This document shows, one piece after another, positions 56,096 to 64,000 of a DNA stretch of 64,000 nucleotides (its first letter is position 1; each line of letters starts with the position of its first letter). Below the pieces are notes generated by a model. That model was not told the origin of the DNA. It did no database searches and saw nothing but the letters and a program-made list of their open reading frames with translations. The position numbers and the translations under genes were made by a program. The DNA is from Candidatus Bathyarchaeia archaeon (GTDB lineage Archaea; Thermoproteota; Bathyarchaeia; Bathyarchaeales; Bathycorpusculaceae), in contig JBEKWR010000002.1 in NCBI GenBank assembly GCA_049512935.1, positions 116,887 to 180,886 of the forward strand, read 5' to 3'.

Positions 56096-56731
56096 GTGGG
56101 GTCGCTGAAGAGTTTAGGAGAAGGCTTTCTAGCTGCCACAGGCTTAATCTGGAGCTTTAACATAGCGGCGCTCTTCAGAAGCGGCGACGCTTGGCTTGCC
56201 ACGCTCTACCTGCTGATTCTGACCATCCCAGTCTCAACCCTGCTGTACCTTAAATTGAAAAACAAGAAATCGCAAGCTACCCTTGAAGGCTGGGAGAAAT
56301 GGAGAAGCCTGCTTTTCTCGGTTCAGGGAGCCGCCTTAGCCTTCTGGGCTTTTGACATCGTCACGACGTTCTACGCCATCAACGTCACGGGTTTAGCTGT
56401 GGAGTTGAACCCGCTTGGCTGGCCGCTTGGAATTTTAGGCGCGTTCGCGTACTATGGGCCCACTATGGTTTTCTCGTATGTTCTTCTGTTCAAAATTAAA
56501 GAGGGCGTCGCTTTCTACGGCGCAGTGCCGTTGGCGCTGGTGACTCTTGGCATGGGCGCCATGAACCTTTTGGCTGGTGCACAAAACTTCCAGGTGTTCG
56601 TTGACACCGCCGCCCTGGCAGTTGGGGTACGCTTTGGACTGCTGGCGGTTGTCGGCACGGTCTGCTTGATAGTTCCTTTTGCCTTGAAAAAAACAGTAAC
56701 TCAGCCCAAACCACTTTGCCCTAACGTGTAA
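56096..56731 (+). CDS. Membrane protein
   Basis: D..TT......ELNPL motif; about 6 TM. Confidence 0.7.
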   Translation: MGSLKSLGEGFLAATGLIWSFNIAALFRSGDAWLATLYLLILTIPVSTLLYLKLKNKKSQATLEGWEKWRSLLFSVQGAALAFWAFDIVTTFYAINVTGLAVELNPLGWPLGILGAFAYYGPTMVFSYVLLFKIKEGVAFYGAVPLALVTLGMGAMNLLAGAQNFQVFVDTAALAVGVRFGLLAVVGTVCLIVPFALKKTVTQPKPLCPNV

Positions 56732-56755
56732 AGACTGACGTTCAGAAAAAAGGTT

Positions 56756-59056
56756 TCAGGCGCTCAAGAACTTCGATAAGTTGGTGACGGATTGACCATC
56801 CACGGCGTCGCGAACTGTTTTCGCCGTGTAGCCCTTGAAGCTTAACAGGTTGGCGGCTGAAGCGTAGAGCAGAAGCAGATACTTCTTGACGTCGGCGTGC
56901 ACGCCTTTCCCGATCAACTGCTCCGCCAGCACCCGCCGATGGTAACGTTTGTTTTCTGAATCCGTAAAGACGAAAGCCAAGTTGTCGCCCGCGTGGACTT
57001 CAACGCCCTGTTTAACCAGCTGCTCCGCCGCTATCACCTGGCTCACATGCTGCCTGTAATGCTTCGGGTTCTTTGACATGCGCTTGGTTACGATTAAGTT
57101 CCAAACTGGAACCTCGCCGCGGACCAGTTTTTCCCGATAAGCCTTCACCACCCGCAGTGCATCAGGGATTCTCTGCGTAAACTCTGCCGCGTTGCTGGCG
57201 GGGGCTAAGGCGCTGATCATTTCCATCTGAAGATCGTAGATGAACCGTGGCGTATCGCTTCGGCGCACCTCTAAGCCTCTGACCTTAAGCTTGCCATTGT
57301 CCATGACTCCGTAATAGCGGTTTAAGACGCCGACGCGTGGGTGCATGGTGGAAGGCAAGAAAACAATCCATTTGTAGTGACCCCCAAAATTTATTTGAAC
57401 CCCCACCTCGTCAGTTATCAGCCTGCAGACGCGCTGGTACTCATCCATGGTAGCGTTTTCCTTTTTAAGCCACAGCGAATCCACGATGCCGTGAACAACC
57501 TCGAACCCTTCAGCCTCGGCGATGTGCGTTGCTTTAAGGAAGGCTTCTCGGGCGAAAGCGCAGACGCCGATGTGCCCGTCAACCGACCCGAACTTCGCGT
57601 TTTTAAACCCCAAGTAGCCGAAGCACGTGACCAGCACCCATTTCAACGCTGTCTGACGTTTATCGTATACTTGTTTGAGTTCCCGATCAGAAGTTTCGTC
57701 CCTTAAACGCTTGTAAGTGAGCCGTTTGGTTAACGCCAGCTTCACTGTTTTCGGAACCATGCCGACGCGTTTCGTGCAGATGTGGTAGTTCAAGTCGGGA
57801 ATCCTGACGGGCGAGTCGGGGCAGCATTTGCAAAGCACCGTTTCGGCTGAAATGTTGTACTTCGCCATTAAGCTCGGGTACATCGAAGAGAAATCCACTT
57901 CCCCGATCGAATCATGCAGCCCCATGCGCGGCTCAAAAACTAAACCTCCGCGGTCGCCTACAAGCAGGTCAAGGGCTGATTTGAAGGCTTCAGGAATCTT
58001 CTTGTTCCGTGGCAGCAGAATGTCATCTTGCATGGCTTGATAGTACTGGATGGAAGACATGCTTGACCCGATTGAGAACCGCGCCGCCGTATGCAACGGA
58101 ACCCTGCAGGTCCGCGCTATTTCAAATAAGCCGTCGAAGCCTGATTCCCTCATGATGAACGTGTTGTTTTCGTCAATGTGGATTCTGCCGTACAGCCGAA
58201 CCGTGCCTGCCCTGTAAAACGTGTGCCCGTACGAAAAGAAGGTTTGACCCGACGCGGTTTTCCGATTGAAAGGCTTGCGGTCCCTGCTTAAAATGAACCC
58301 GTCTACAACGCCGTTTGCGGTTGCCCTGTGAATCAGGTAAGGAAAAAGGTACGAGTCGCCTGACTGGGTTAAAACTATGTCGGGGTCTAACTTGTTTACC
58401 GCGTAGACAAGCTGCATCAGCTTGGTCGCTTCGTCGCCGTAATCAATCACAAGCTCGTCTTCACCGTCCTGCGTCAGGGTGATGCTGCGGATTTCATCAT
58501 CGAAATCGGCGACGACGCCCGTTTTAGCAACATCCACCTCAAGCTTTGCCACTCGCAACGGCGGAATCGCGTAGTCTATGCTTTCAACCGAGTCCAAAAG
58601 CGTGTAATCCAACCCTGACGGTCCATACTTAACTTCTAAGAAGGCAAGCGGGAACAAGCGGCGGCTGAAAATGTACGAGCGGTCGTCATGAATGTCGCAG
58701 TTGTGAAGTTCATAACGCAGGTAATCGCCCATCCGCAAGATTTCAAGCGTTAACCCGCGGATCTGCCTGCAATCCTTCACAGTTATCTCAAGCACCGTGG
58801 ATTTTTCCGCGTCCGTGGCTTGAGCGTACTTCTGCACGAACCGCAATGACGCGATTTTCTGGTTGTTGTACAGTCGGCTGATTAACGTTTCCAACTCGTC
58901 CTTTTTGCCTGAAACGCAGATGCACGGCTGGAACTTGTCGGTTAAGCGGATTCTTTCGCCTTTCTCAGTTATTACCCAGACAGCAACTTTGCCGAAGTCG
59001 GAGGGGTAAACGTCAAGCAGCCAGCCTCTAACTGCCCGCGTGTCCGCCAGCTGCAT
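56756..59056 (-). CDS. polB2: Family B DNA polymerase, PolB2 group
   Basis: DFSSMYP, KWVLVTCFGY, HGIVDS in place of YGDTDS. Confidence 0.9.
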   Translation of the reverse strand: MQLADTRAVRGWLLDVYPSDFGKVAVWVITEKGERIRLTDKFQPCICVSGKKDELETLISRLYNNQKIASLRFVQKYAQATDAEKSTVLEITVKDCRQIRGLTLEILRMGDYLRYELHNCDIHDDRSYIFSRRLFPLAFLEVKYGPSGLDYTLLDSVESIDYAIPPLRVAKLEVDVAKTGVVADFDDEIRSITLTQDGEDELVIDYGDEATKLMQLVYAVNKLDPDIVLTQSGDSYLFPYLIHRATANGVVDGFILSRDRKPFNRKTASGQTFFSYGHTFYRAGTVRLYGRIHIDENNTFIMRESGFDGLFEIARTCRVPLHTAARFSIGSSMSSIQYYQAMQDDILLPRNKKIPEAFKSALDLLVGDRGGLVFEPRMGLHDSIGEVDFSSMYPSLMAKYNISAETVLCKCCPDSPVRIPDLNYHICTKRVGMVPKTVKLALTKRLTYKRLRDETSDRELKQVYDKRQTALKWVLVTCFGYLGFKNAKFGSVDGHIGVCAFAREAFLKATHIAEAEGFEVVHGIVDSLWLKKENATMDEYQRVCRLITDEVGVQINFGGHYKWIVFLPSTMHPRVGVLNRYYGVMDNGKLKVRGLEVRRSDTPRFIYDLQMEMISALAPASNAAEFTQRIPDALRVVKAYREKLVRGEVPVWNLIVTKRMSKNPKHYRQHVSQVIAAEQLVKQGVEVHAGDNLAFVFTDSENKRYHRRVLAEQLIGKGVHADVKKYLLLLYASAANLLSFKGYTAKTVRDAVDGQSVTNLSKFLSA

Positions 59057-59294
59057 CTAAAGCCTTCTCTAAACGCTTAATCTGCTTCTGCTGCGACACC
59101 AAAATCGAGAGAACCATCGGCTCGAAAAGCACGGGTTGAGTAGCGTTGCTTCCAGCTGAAGCGTAGTTTCGGCAGGCATCCATCAAAGCTTCGAAGGCTT
59201 CCCTGTCCTCGGTCCGTAGCGCTTTCGCAAAGCCGCTCCACCTGCGGATTTCATCCTCAATCGCCATGCGGTAGGATTCAACCGTCTTGCCCAT
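59028..59294 (-). CDS. Small PolB2-associated protein
   Basis: MGKTVESYR...W..F.KALR.EDREAF; overlaps polB2. Confidence 0.8.
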   Translation of the reverse strand: MGKTVESYRMAIEDEIRRWSGFAKALRTEDREAFEALMDACRNYASAGSNATQPVLFEPMVLSILVSQQKQIKRLEKALDAAGGHAGS

Positions 59295-59495
59295 CAGGCA
59301 GACACCTCTTTGAAAACGGATTCTTTCGTGTTCATTCTCTTACTTCTCCCCATTGCTGAAGGGCAGAAAAAAAGCTGTTTAAACATTTAAACCATCAACT
59401 CAAACGACATTGCAGAGCAGTAGAGGGTAAACTGAAAGTGAAAGAGAGGCTGAAAATGAAGAAAAACAATCAGTTTAACGAAAAACAAGCAATGG

Positions 59496-59978
59496 CTAGT
59501 TTGATAGCCGTTTTGTCATGACGTAGGCGTTTTCGCCGTCTGAGTAGTACCCGTTTAAGGTTCGGGTTATTTCAAAGCCGAGCTTCTTGTACAGCGAAAT
59601 AGCCGCGTCGTTGGTGACTCTGACTTCGAGGAAGCACTGTTTAGCCCTGTAGTATTGCATGCCCTCAAGCGCCCTAGTGATGAGTGCCTTGGCGACTCCT
59701 TTGCGCCTGTAATTAGGCATAACCGCTATGGACACCACGTGCCCCTTCTTTATCAAGCCGCCGAAACCGTAGTTTGACAAGCCGACCTCGATGCGGCACA
59801 TGATGTAACCCGCCAGTTCCCCGTTTTCTTCAGCAACAATGAAGGCTTCGGGAAAACGCTGGTGCAAATCAACGAAGAAGAAGTCAGTGTAATTTTCAGG
59901 CAAACACACACGGTTTACCTGCATAACATTCTGCAAGTCATCGGGAACGAATTTGCGAAGATTGAAAGTCTGCTGCAT
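59496..59978 (-). CDS. RimI/Ard1 N-acetyltransferase
   Basis: CLPENY, GHVVSIAV, YRRKGVA, YYSDGENA. Confidence 0.92.
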   Translation of the reverse strand: MQQTFNLRKFVPDDLQNVMQVNRVCLPENYTDFFFVDLHQRFPEAFIVAEENGELAGYIMCRIEVGLSNYGFGGLIKKGHVVSIAVMPNYRRKGVAKALITRALEGMQYYRAKQCFLEVRVTNDAAISLYKKLGFEITRTLNGYYSDGENAYVMTKRLSN

Positions 59979-60076
59979 TCTTCCGCCTTATCTTAAAGGA
60001 GATTTCAACGTTTAAACTTAAAGGTTGCGCTTTAAACAACCGATAACCACATTTTTGACTGCAAAAGCAGAACCGC

Positions 60077-61366
60077 CTAAGCCTTTGTTTCTTCAGGAGC
60101 CTTAAACACTGGCAACGTGTAGCTGCCCTGAGGCATCGCCCAAACCCTGGAGGCTGACCCCGCAATCTTGAACGCTTCGTCCAAAGCGTCGTTCACCGCC
60201 CTCGCCGTCTTCAGCTTGAATATGCTTGTCGCGTAATAGTCAGGCAGGGAGGAAACAAGGATGATCTGGTGGTTTTGCAGGGCTTTGAGGAGGTAGTAAG
60301 CCTTGTGCCCGCCCAAGACAAAGTTGCGTTTGATTTCGCGTTCAACGTTTTTCAGGTCGCCGAGGCGGCTCATCCAATCGTAGAACACTTGATTCCCGTA
60401 CCCTTCGGAGCACTCAGCCAGCAAGATTACTACGCCTCCGCGCTTCACCGCGTCTAGACAGTTGTCGAGCCCCTTGTAAGCCTGATAAAGGTTCATGTCC
60501 GCTGGGTAGCCGCCTGCGCTTACCACAATGATGTCTGCCCGCCGATCAATCGTCACACGGTACATTTCATCCACCAGCTTCACTGCTTCCATGAACGCCT
60601 GCTCCAAGTCTCCCGCAAAGGCTTTCACGACTTCACCCTTCTTGTTCTCAACCACGTTCACGATAAAGTCAACCTTCGCAAGCCGCGCAGCCTCAGTCAT
60701 GTCGCGGTCCACGGGATTGTTTTCCAAGTTTCCCGTCCTCGCCTCGGCGCTAAGCAGCATCGAGTGGTTTTGCTTGATGCTTTCTTCGCCGCTCACCGCG
60801 GGCAAAAGGCTTTTTCTTCCCCCGCCGTAACCCGCATAATAATGAAAACCCACATCACCTAAAAGCACCTTCACGTCCGCCTCAGCGAAAACTCTGTTAA
60901 CAAACACCTTGTTGCCATGAGTCTTAGTCGTGCCGATGCTCACCAAATCCGCCGCTCGACAATCATGACTGATAGCCTTCACCCGCTTCAACGCTTCCTC
61001 ACCAATCAGCGCCGCGGCTTCCTCAGGCTTAACCGCGCGGTGAGTCCCGCAGCCGAAGATAACCGTCACGTTCTCGTCTTTAACGCCTGCCAGGTTCAAC
61101 TCAGCCAACACGGGCAACAGCATCACTTTACTTGGCGCTTTGCGAGTCCCGTCATCGACAACGATGGCTACTTTGCTTTCGGAGCTGGCAATCTCGCATA
61201 GACGCTTTGAACCGACGGGAATGGGCTCTTTTAACGCCCGCTCAACTTCAGCTTTGGCGTCTGGAGCGCCTTGGCGGTCGGCAGGCTCAATCGTGCCTAA
61301 AAGGTTTCTTGCTGGAACTCGAACGCAAACGTCAGTTTTTCCGTAGGGAAGCCAAACATCAACCAT
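60077..61366 (-). CDS. larA: Nickel-pincer lactate racemase family
   Basis: DD.TR, GTHR, HYYAGYGGGRK, YQAYKG, GGHKAY. Confidence 0.85.
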   Translation of the reverse strand: MVDVWLPYGKTDVCVRVPARNLLGTIEPADRQGAPDAKAEVERALKEPIPVGSKRLCEIASSESKVAIVVDDGTRKAPSKVMLLPVLAELNLAGVKDENVTVIFGCGTHRAVKPEEAAALIGEEALKRVKAISHDCRAADLVSIGTTKTHGNKVFVNRVFAEADVKVLLGDVGFHYYAGYGGGRKSLLPAVSGEESIKQNHSMLLSAEARTGNLENNPVDRDMTEAARLAKVDFIVNVVENKKGEVVKAFAGDLEQAFMEAVKLVDEMYRVTIDRRADIIVVSAGGYPADMNLYQAYKGLDNCLDAVKRGGVVILLAECSEGYGNQVFYDWMSRLGDLKNVEREIKRNFVLGGHKAYYLLKALQNHQIILVSSLPDYYATSIFKLKTARAVNDALDEAFKIAGSASRVWAMPQGSYTLPVFKAPEETKA

Positions 61367-61501
61367 GACGGGTCACGTGTTGGAATGTATCTCGACGTAA
61401 GAAGCTATTAAGCCTTATCAAAAAGGGTTCTGGTGCTTCTTTGGGTCATAGAAAGAAGTGGTGCGTGACGGGTGATTTTCTTCTGGGTGGTGCATATCGG
61501 G

Positions 61502-61621
61502 TCACAGAACCATAAGATAAATCAAAACGCCTGTTTCGATAATCAGAGCAATTGTAAGTGCGATAAGGGTTCTGTGAAGTTCTTGGTACTTGAGTTTTGT
61601 TTTTTGTGGTTTTTGGTTCAT
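61502..61621 (-). CDS. 39-aa single-TM peptide
   Basis: MNQKPQKTKLKYQELHRTLIALTIALIIETGVLIYLMVL. Confidence 0.4.
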   Translation of the reverse strand: MNQKPQKTKLKYQELHRTLIALTIALIIETGVLIYLMVL

Positions 61622-61710
61622 GTGAAAATTCGGTAACTGAAGCAGTTAATCATGTATACAATTAATTAACTACCTCCAACAAAAAGAGAGCCAAAGCAGG
61701 CGTTAAAAAT

Positions 61711-62091
61711 TTGAGCATAGAACAATGGCTAGAAAATAATACTGTACAAGCAAGAAGAATCTTGGCAAAACGCTTGCTTGCCAAACTATCGAGAATAACT
61801 GTAGCCACGATATTTGATGAGGAATGTGCTGATTGTACACAACAGGCAAAATTGAAAGATTGTTTCATTCCCTTTTTGTCCGACACTGAAAGGATTAAGT
61901 TATGTCTAAAACTTTTCTTATTAGGTGTTGTTTATAGTGCTTTACAACCAACTGGTTTCGCTGGTTTAATTACTGCTGAAGTATTTGCAACAATAGAAGG
62001 TTTGCATGCTGAGTTTATCAAATGGACACAAGAAAATTGCCCAATTGACAAAAAAGTGGAAGCGGAAAAAGCAGGTGCTTACGTAGCTTGA
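61711..62091 (+). CDS. Hypothetical protein (AT-rich gene)
   Basis: 126-aa ORF. Confidence 0.55.
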   Translation: MSIEQWLENNTVQARRILAKRLLAKLSRITVATIFDEECADCTQQAKLKDCFIPFLSDTERIKLCLKLFLLGVVYSALQPTGFAGLITAEVFATIEGLHAEFIKWTQENCPIDKKVEAEKAGAYVA

Positions 62092-62402
62092 GAAGCCTTT
62101 GCTTTTTCCGATAGGTCTTTTGTCACAACTATTACATGGCTACCAAATTTAGTAATGTGATAAACATCGTCATGTTTTGTAGCCAATTTATGCGCTTGCA
62201 AGTCGCGTAAATCTCTGCTCAACGTTTGCGGGTGTATGCCCAAACTCTTTTCTAATTCGTTGAACTTTTGAGGTTTCTTTTCCAAGCTTTCAAGTACTTG
62301 CATATGCGTAGGGTTGCCTAAGGTTTTGAACATGTCGGATACGGCAAGGTCGATGCCCTTTGCTGCTGCCTTGGAGTTCTTTTCTAACCAATCTAAACTC
62401 AT
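62079..62402 (-). CDS. ArsR/HxlR-like wHTH regulator
   Basis: FKTLGNPT...FNELEKSLGIHPQTLSRDL..L...YHITKFG. Confidence 0.8.
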   Translation of the reverse strand: MSLDWLEKNSKAAAKGIDLAVSDMFKTLGNPTHMQVLESLEKKPQKFNELEKSLGIHPQTLSRDLRDLQAHKLATKHDDVYHITKFGSHVIVVTKDLSEKAKASQAT

Positions 62403-62427
62403 ATTCTTCGCCTCCCGAAATACGAGC

Positions 62428-62445
62428 ACTCACATAGTTGTGAGT
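62428..62445. promoter_or_regulatory. Palindromic operator of the wHTH gene
   Basis: ACTCACA-tagt-TGTGAGT between the TATA-like box and the start codon. Confidence 0.6.
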
Positions 62446-62535
62446 ATCACCTTAAAAAGCTTTGTGGGTAGCAATCCCCAACAATATGCCTGCCCAACAG
62501 AGATACGCACTACCGAATTTCGCCTTTTTTAGGCT

Positions 62536-62655
62536 TTACCAGGTTCTGTCACTGCTTGCATTTTGAATTAGGGTTAACCACTTGTTCTTTCCCTCAATCA
62601 TTATTCCCCAAGCCTCAGAAGGGGTTTTGCCGTCTAAGGCTTCATGCGGTTTCTG
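62536..62655 (-). pseudogene. C-terminal remnant of a DDE (IS6-like) transposase
   Basis: KPHEALDGKTPSEAWGIMIEGKNKWLTLIQNA matches RPH..L.GKTP.E transposase tails. Confidence 0.75.
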
Positions 62656-62743
62656 TTAGGCGTATATAGATGTCCCAAATAGGCTTCCCAAGCAGTTTTC
62701 CGTCTTCTCGCCAACGAGTTTCCAACCAGCAAAACTACAATTC

Positions 62744-62910
62744 AAGCCCTAAACCAAAAAAGCAGTCCAAAACAAGCCCTGACTGGAACCCGATTACCTA
62801 CAGGGGTCTCTACTATTTGTGGCAAAATTCAACCACAAAAAGCGCCACCCATCAACGCAAGCGAGAGGGGAGGGGGTCTAGTATTTGTGACCAAAAACCA
62901 TCACAAATAT
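62744..62910 (+). repeat. Dispersed repeat, two G-box/hairpin units
   Basis: Shares AGCCCTAAACCAAAAAAGCA and GGGGTCT...TATTT + hairpin with the 23455 copy. Confidence 0.7.
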
Positions 62911-63010
62911 GGGTCTTTGCTAAATGGATTTATTAGTGTTTCACTGCAACATAGGTATTAAATCGGGAAAAGGAATCTTTCCTACTGAGGAACCAAACGT
63001 GCGGTCACGT

Positions 63011-64000
63011 ATGAGCGTGTTCAAAGACGAGTCTAAGCTTGACATAAACTACGTTCCGCAGAGGCTGCCTCACAGGGAAACCGAACAGCGACTGCTGACG
63101 GAGTTCTTCAGCTTCATCACCCGCTGCCCAGAACGAATGGCACAGCGAGTAATCATAACAGGCGACGTGGGAACAGGCAAAACCGTCCTCGCCCAACACT
63201 TCGGCGCCGCCATCACCTCAGAAGCCAACCGCAGAGGCATAAAGTTCCGCTACGTACACGTTAACTGCCGAGAGTTCCGCGGCAGCCTACTCCCAACAAT
63301 CCACCGCGCCATCACCGCCTTCCGCCCCACGTACCCGTCCCGAGGCTACTCAGAAGAGGAAGTTCTCGCGACTCTTCTGCAGGTTTTAGACGAAGAAAAC
63401 GTCTCCGTGATACTGACGCTTGACGAGTTCGACAGCTTAATCGAAAACGAAGGCTCAGACGCCGTGTACAAGCTGACAAGACTGCAGGAGACGCGGCAGG
63501 GCAAACCTCAGCGCATCTCATTCATCTTCATCATGCGCAACCTGAAAGCCATAGAGCAGCTTGACGAAAGCTCACGAAGCACCATGCAACGCAGCATCAT
63601 CAACCTGGAACGCTACGGCAAAACACAGCTAATCGACATCCTAAGCGACCGCGTAGCCATGGCGTTTGAACCTGGAACCATAGAAGAAGACGTCGTCACC
63701 CTAATCGCCGAGTTAGCGTTTAAGGAAACGGGGAACGCCCGCTTCGGAATCGAGCTGCTGTGGCGCGCGGGAAAATACGCTGACGCAAACGACGCCGAAA
63801 CAGTTGAGCCTGAATGCGTCCGACTGGCAGTCTCCAGCATCATCCCGAGCGTTCGACGCAGCGATTTAGCCTCTCTGGGGCTGCACGAGAAACTGTTTCT
63901 GCTCGCAGTTGCACGCTTCTTCAAAGAGAACGAGCAGGCCTACGCCTCGCTGTCCGAGATTGAAAAGGCTTACGCAGTGGTCTGCGAAGAAGCAGAAGAG
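63011..64000 (+). CDS. cdc6: Orc1/Cdc6 replication initiator, 3' end outside the window
   Basis: Not in the ORF track: MSVFKDESKLDINYVPQRLPHRE...GDVGTGKT...VNC...LDEFD...GNAR. Confidence 0.95.
   Translation, partial: MSVFKDESKLDINYVPQRLPHRETEQRLLTEFFSFITRCPERMAQRVIITGDVGTGKTVLAQHFGAAITSEANRRGIKFRYVHVNCREFRGSLLPTIHRAITAFRPTYPSRGYSEEEVLATLLQVLDEENVSVILTLDEFDSLIENEGSDAVYKLTRLQETRQGKPQRISFIFIMRNLKAIEQLDESSRSTMQRSIINLERYGKTQLIDILSDRVAMAFEPGTIEEDVVTLIAELAFKETGNARFGIELLWRAGKYADANDAETVEPECVRLAVSSIIPSVRRSDLASLGLHEKLFLLAVARFFKENEQAYASLSEIEKAYAVVCEEAEE

Noticed and set aside
62670-62936. 88-aa ORF (also 14540..14848)
   Set aside because: Both are translations of the non-coding repeat elements.

Overview
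This 64 kb archaeal window is most consistent with Bathyarchaeia (TBP, Cdc6/Orc1, PolB2, Cren7-like zinc protein, PEF-CTERM-type surface proteins); the taxonomy is an inference. Positions 1-12156 are accessory DNA downstream of a minus-strand tRNA-Gln(CTG). A 25-bp copy of the tRNA 3' end (7540-7564) lies inside the C-terminus of a tyrosine integrase and splits the region in two. The left element carries the integrase, HTH/RHH genes and a defence-like module of two BrxA-like paralogs around a PAPS-reductase-family gene. The right islet is decayed and regulator-rich, with a probable Cas1 C-terminal remnant. The rest is mostly core genome: dys, aguAB, tRNA-modification genes, cysS, prs, rnz, lhr, pyk, tbp, pyrE, mgsA, polB2, larA and cdc6. 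Embedded in it are a corrinoid uptake/salvage cluster whose radical-SAM/SPASM gene lacks CxxxCxxC, a putative thioester-domain surface protein, an interrupted tRNA-Arg(CCT), two HicBA pairs, a WCPQPP-leader cassette, an IS remnant and a dispersed repeat with a covarying hairpin. No CRISPR array or rRNA was seen. All family calls come from reading motifs by eye, without database searches.
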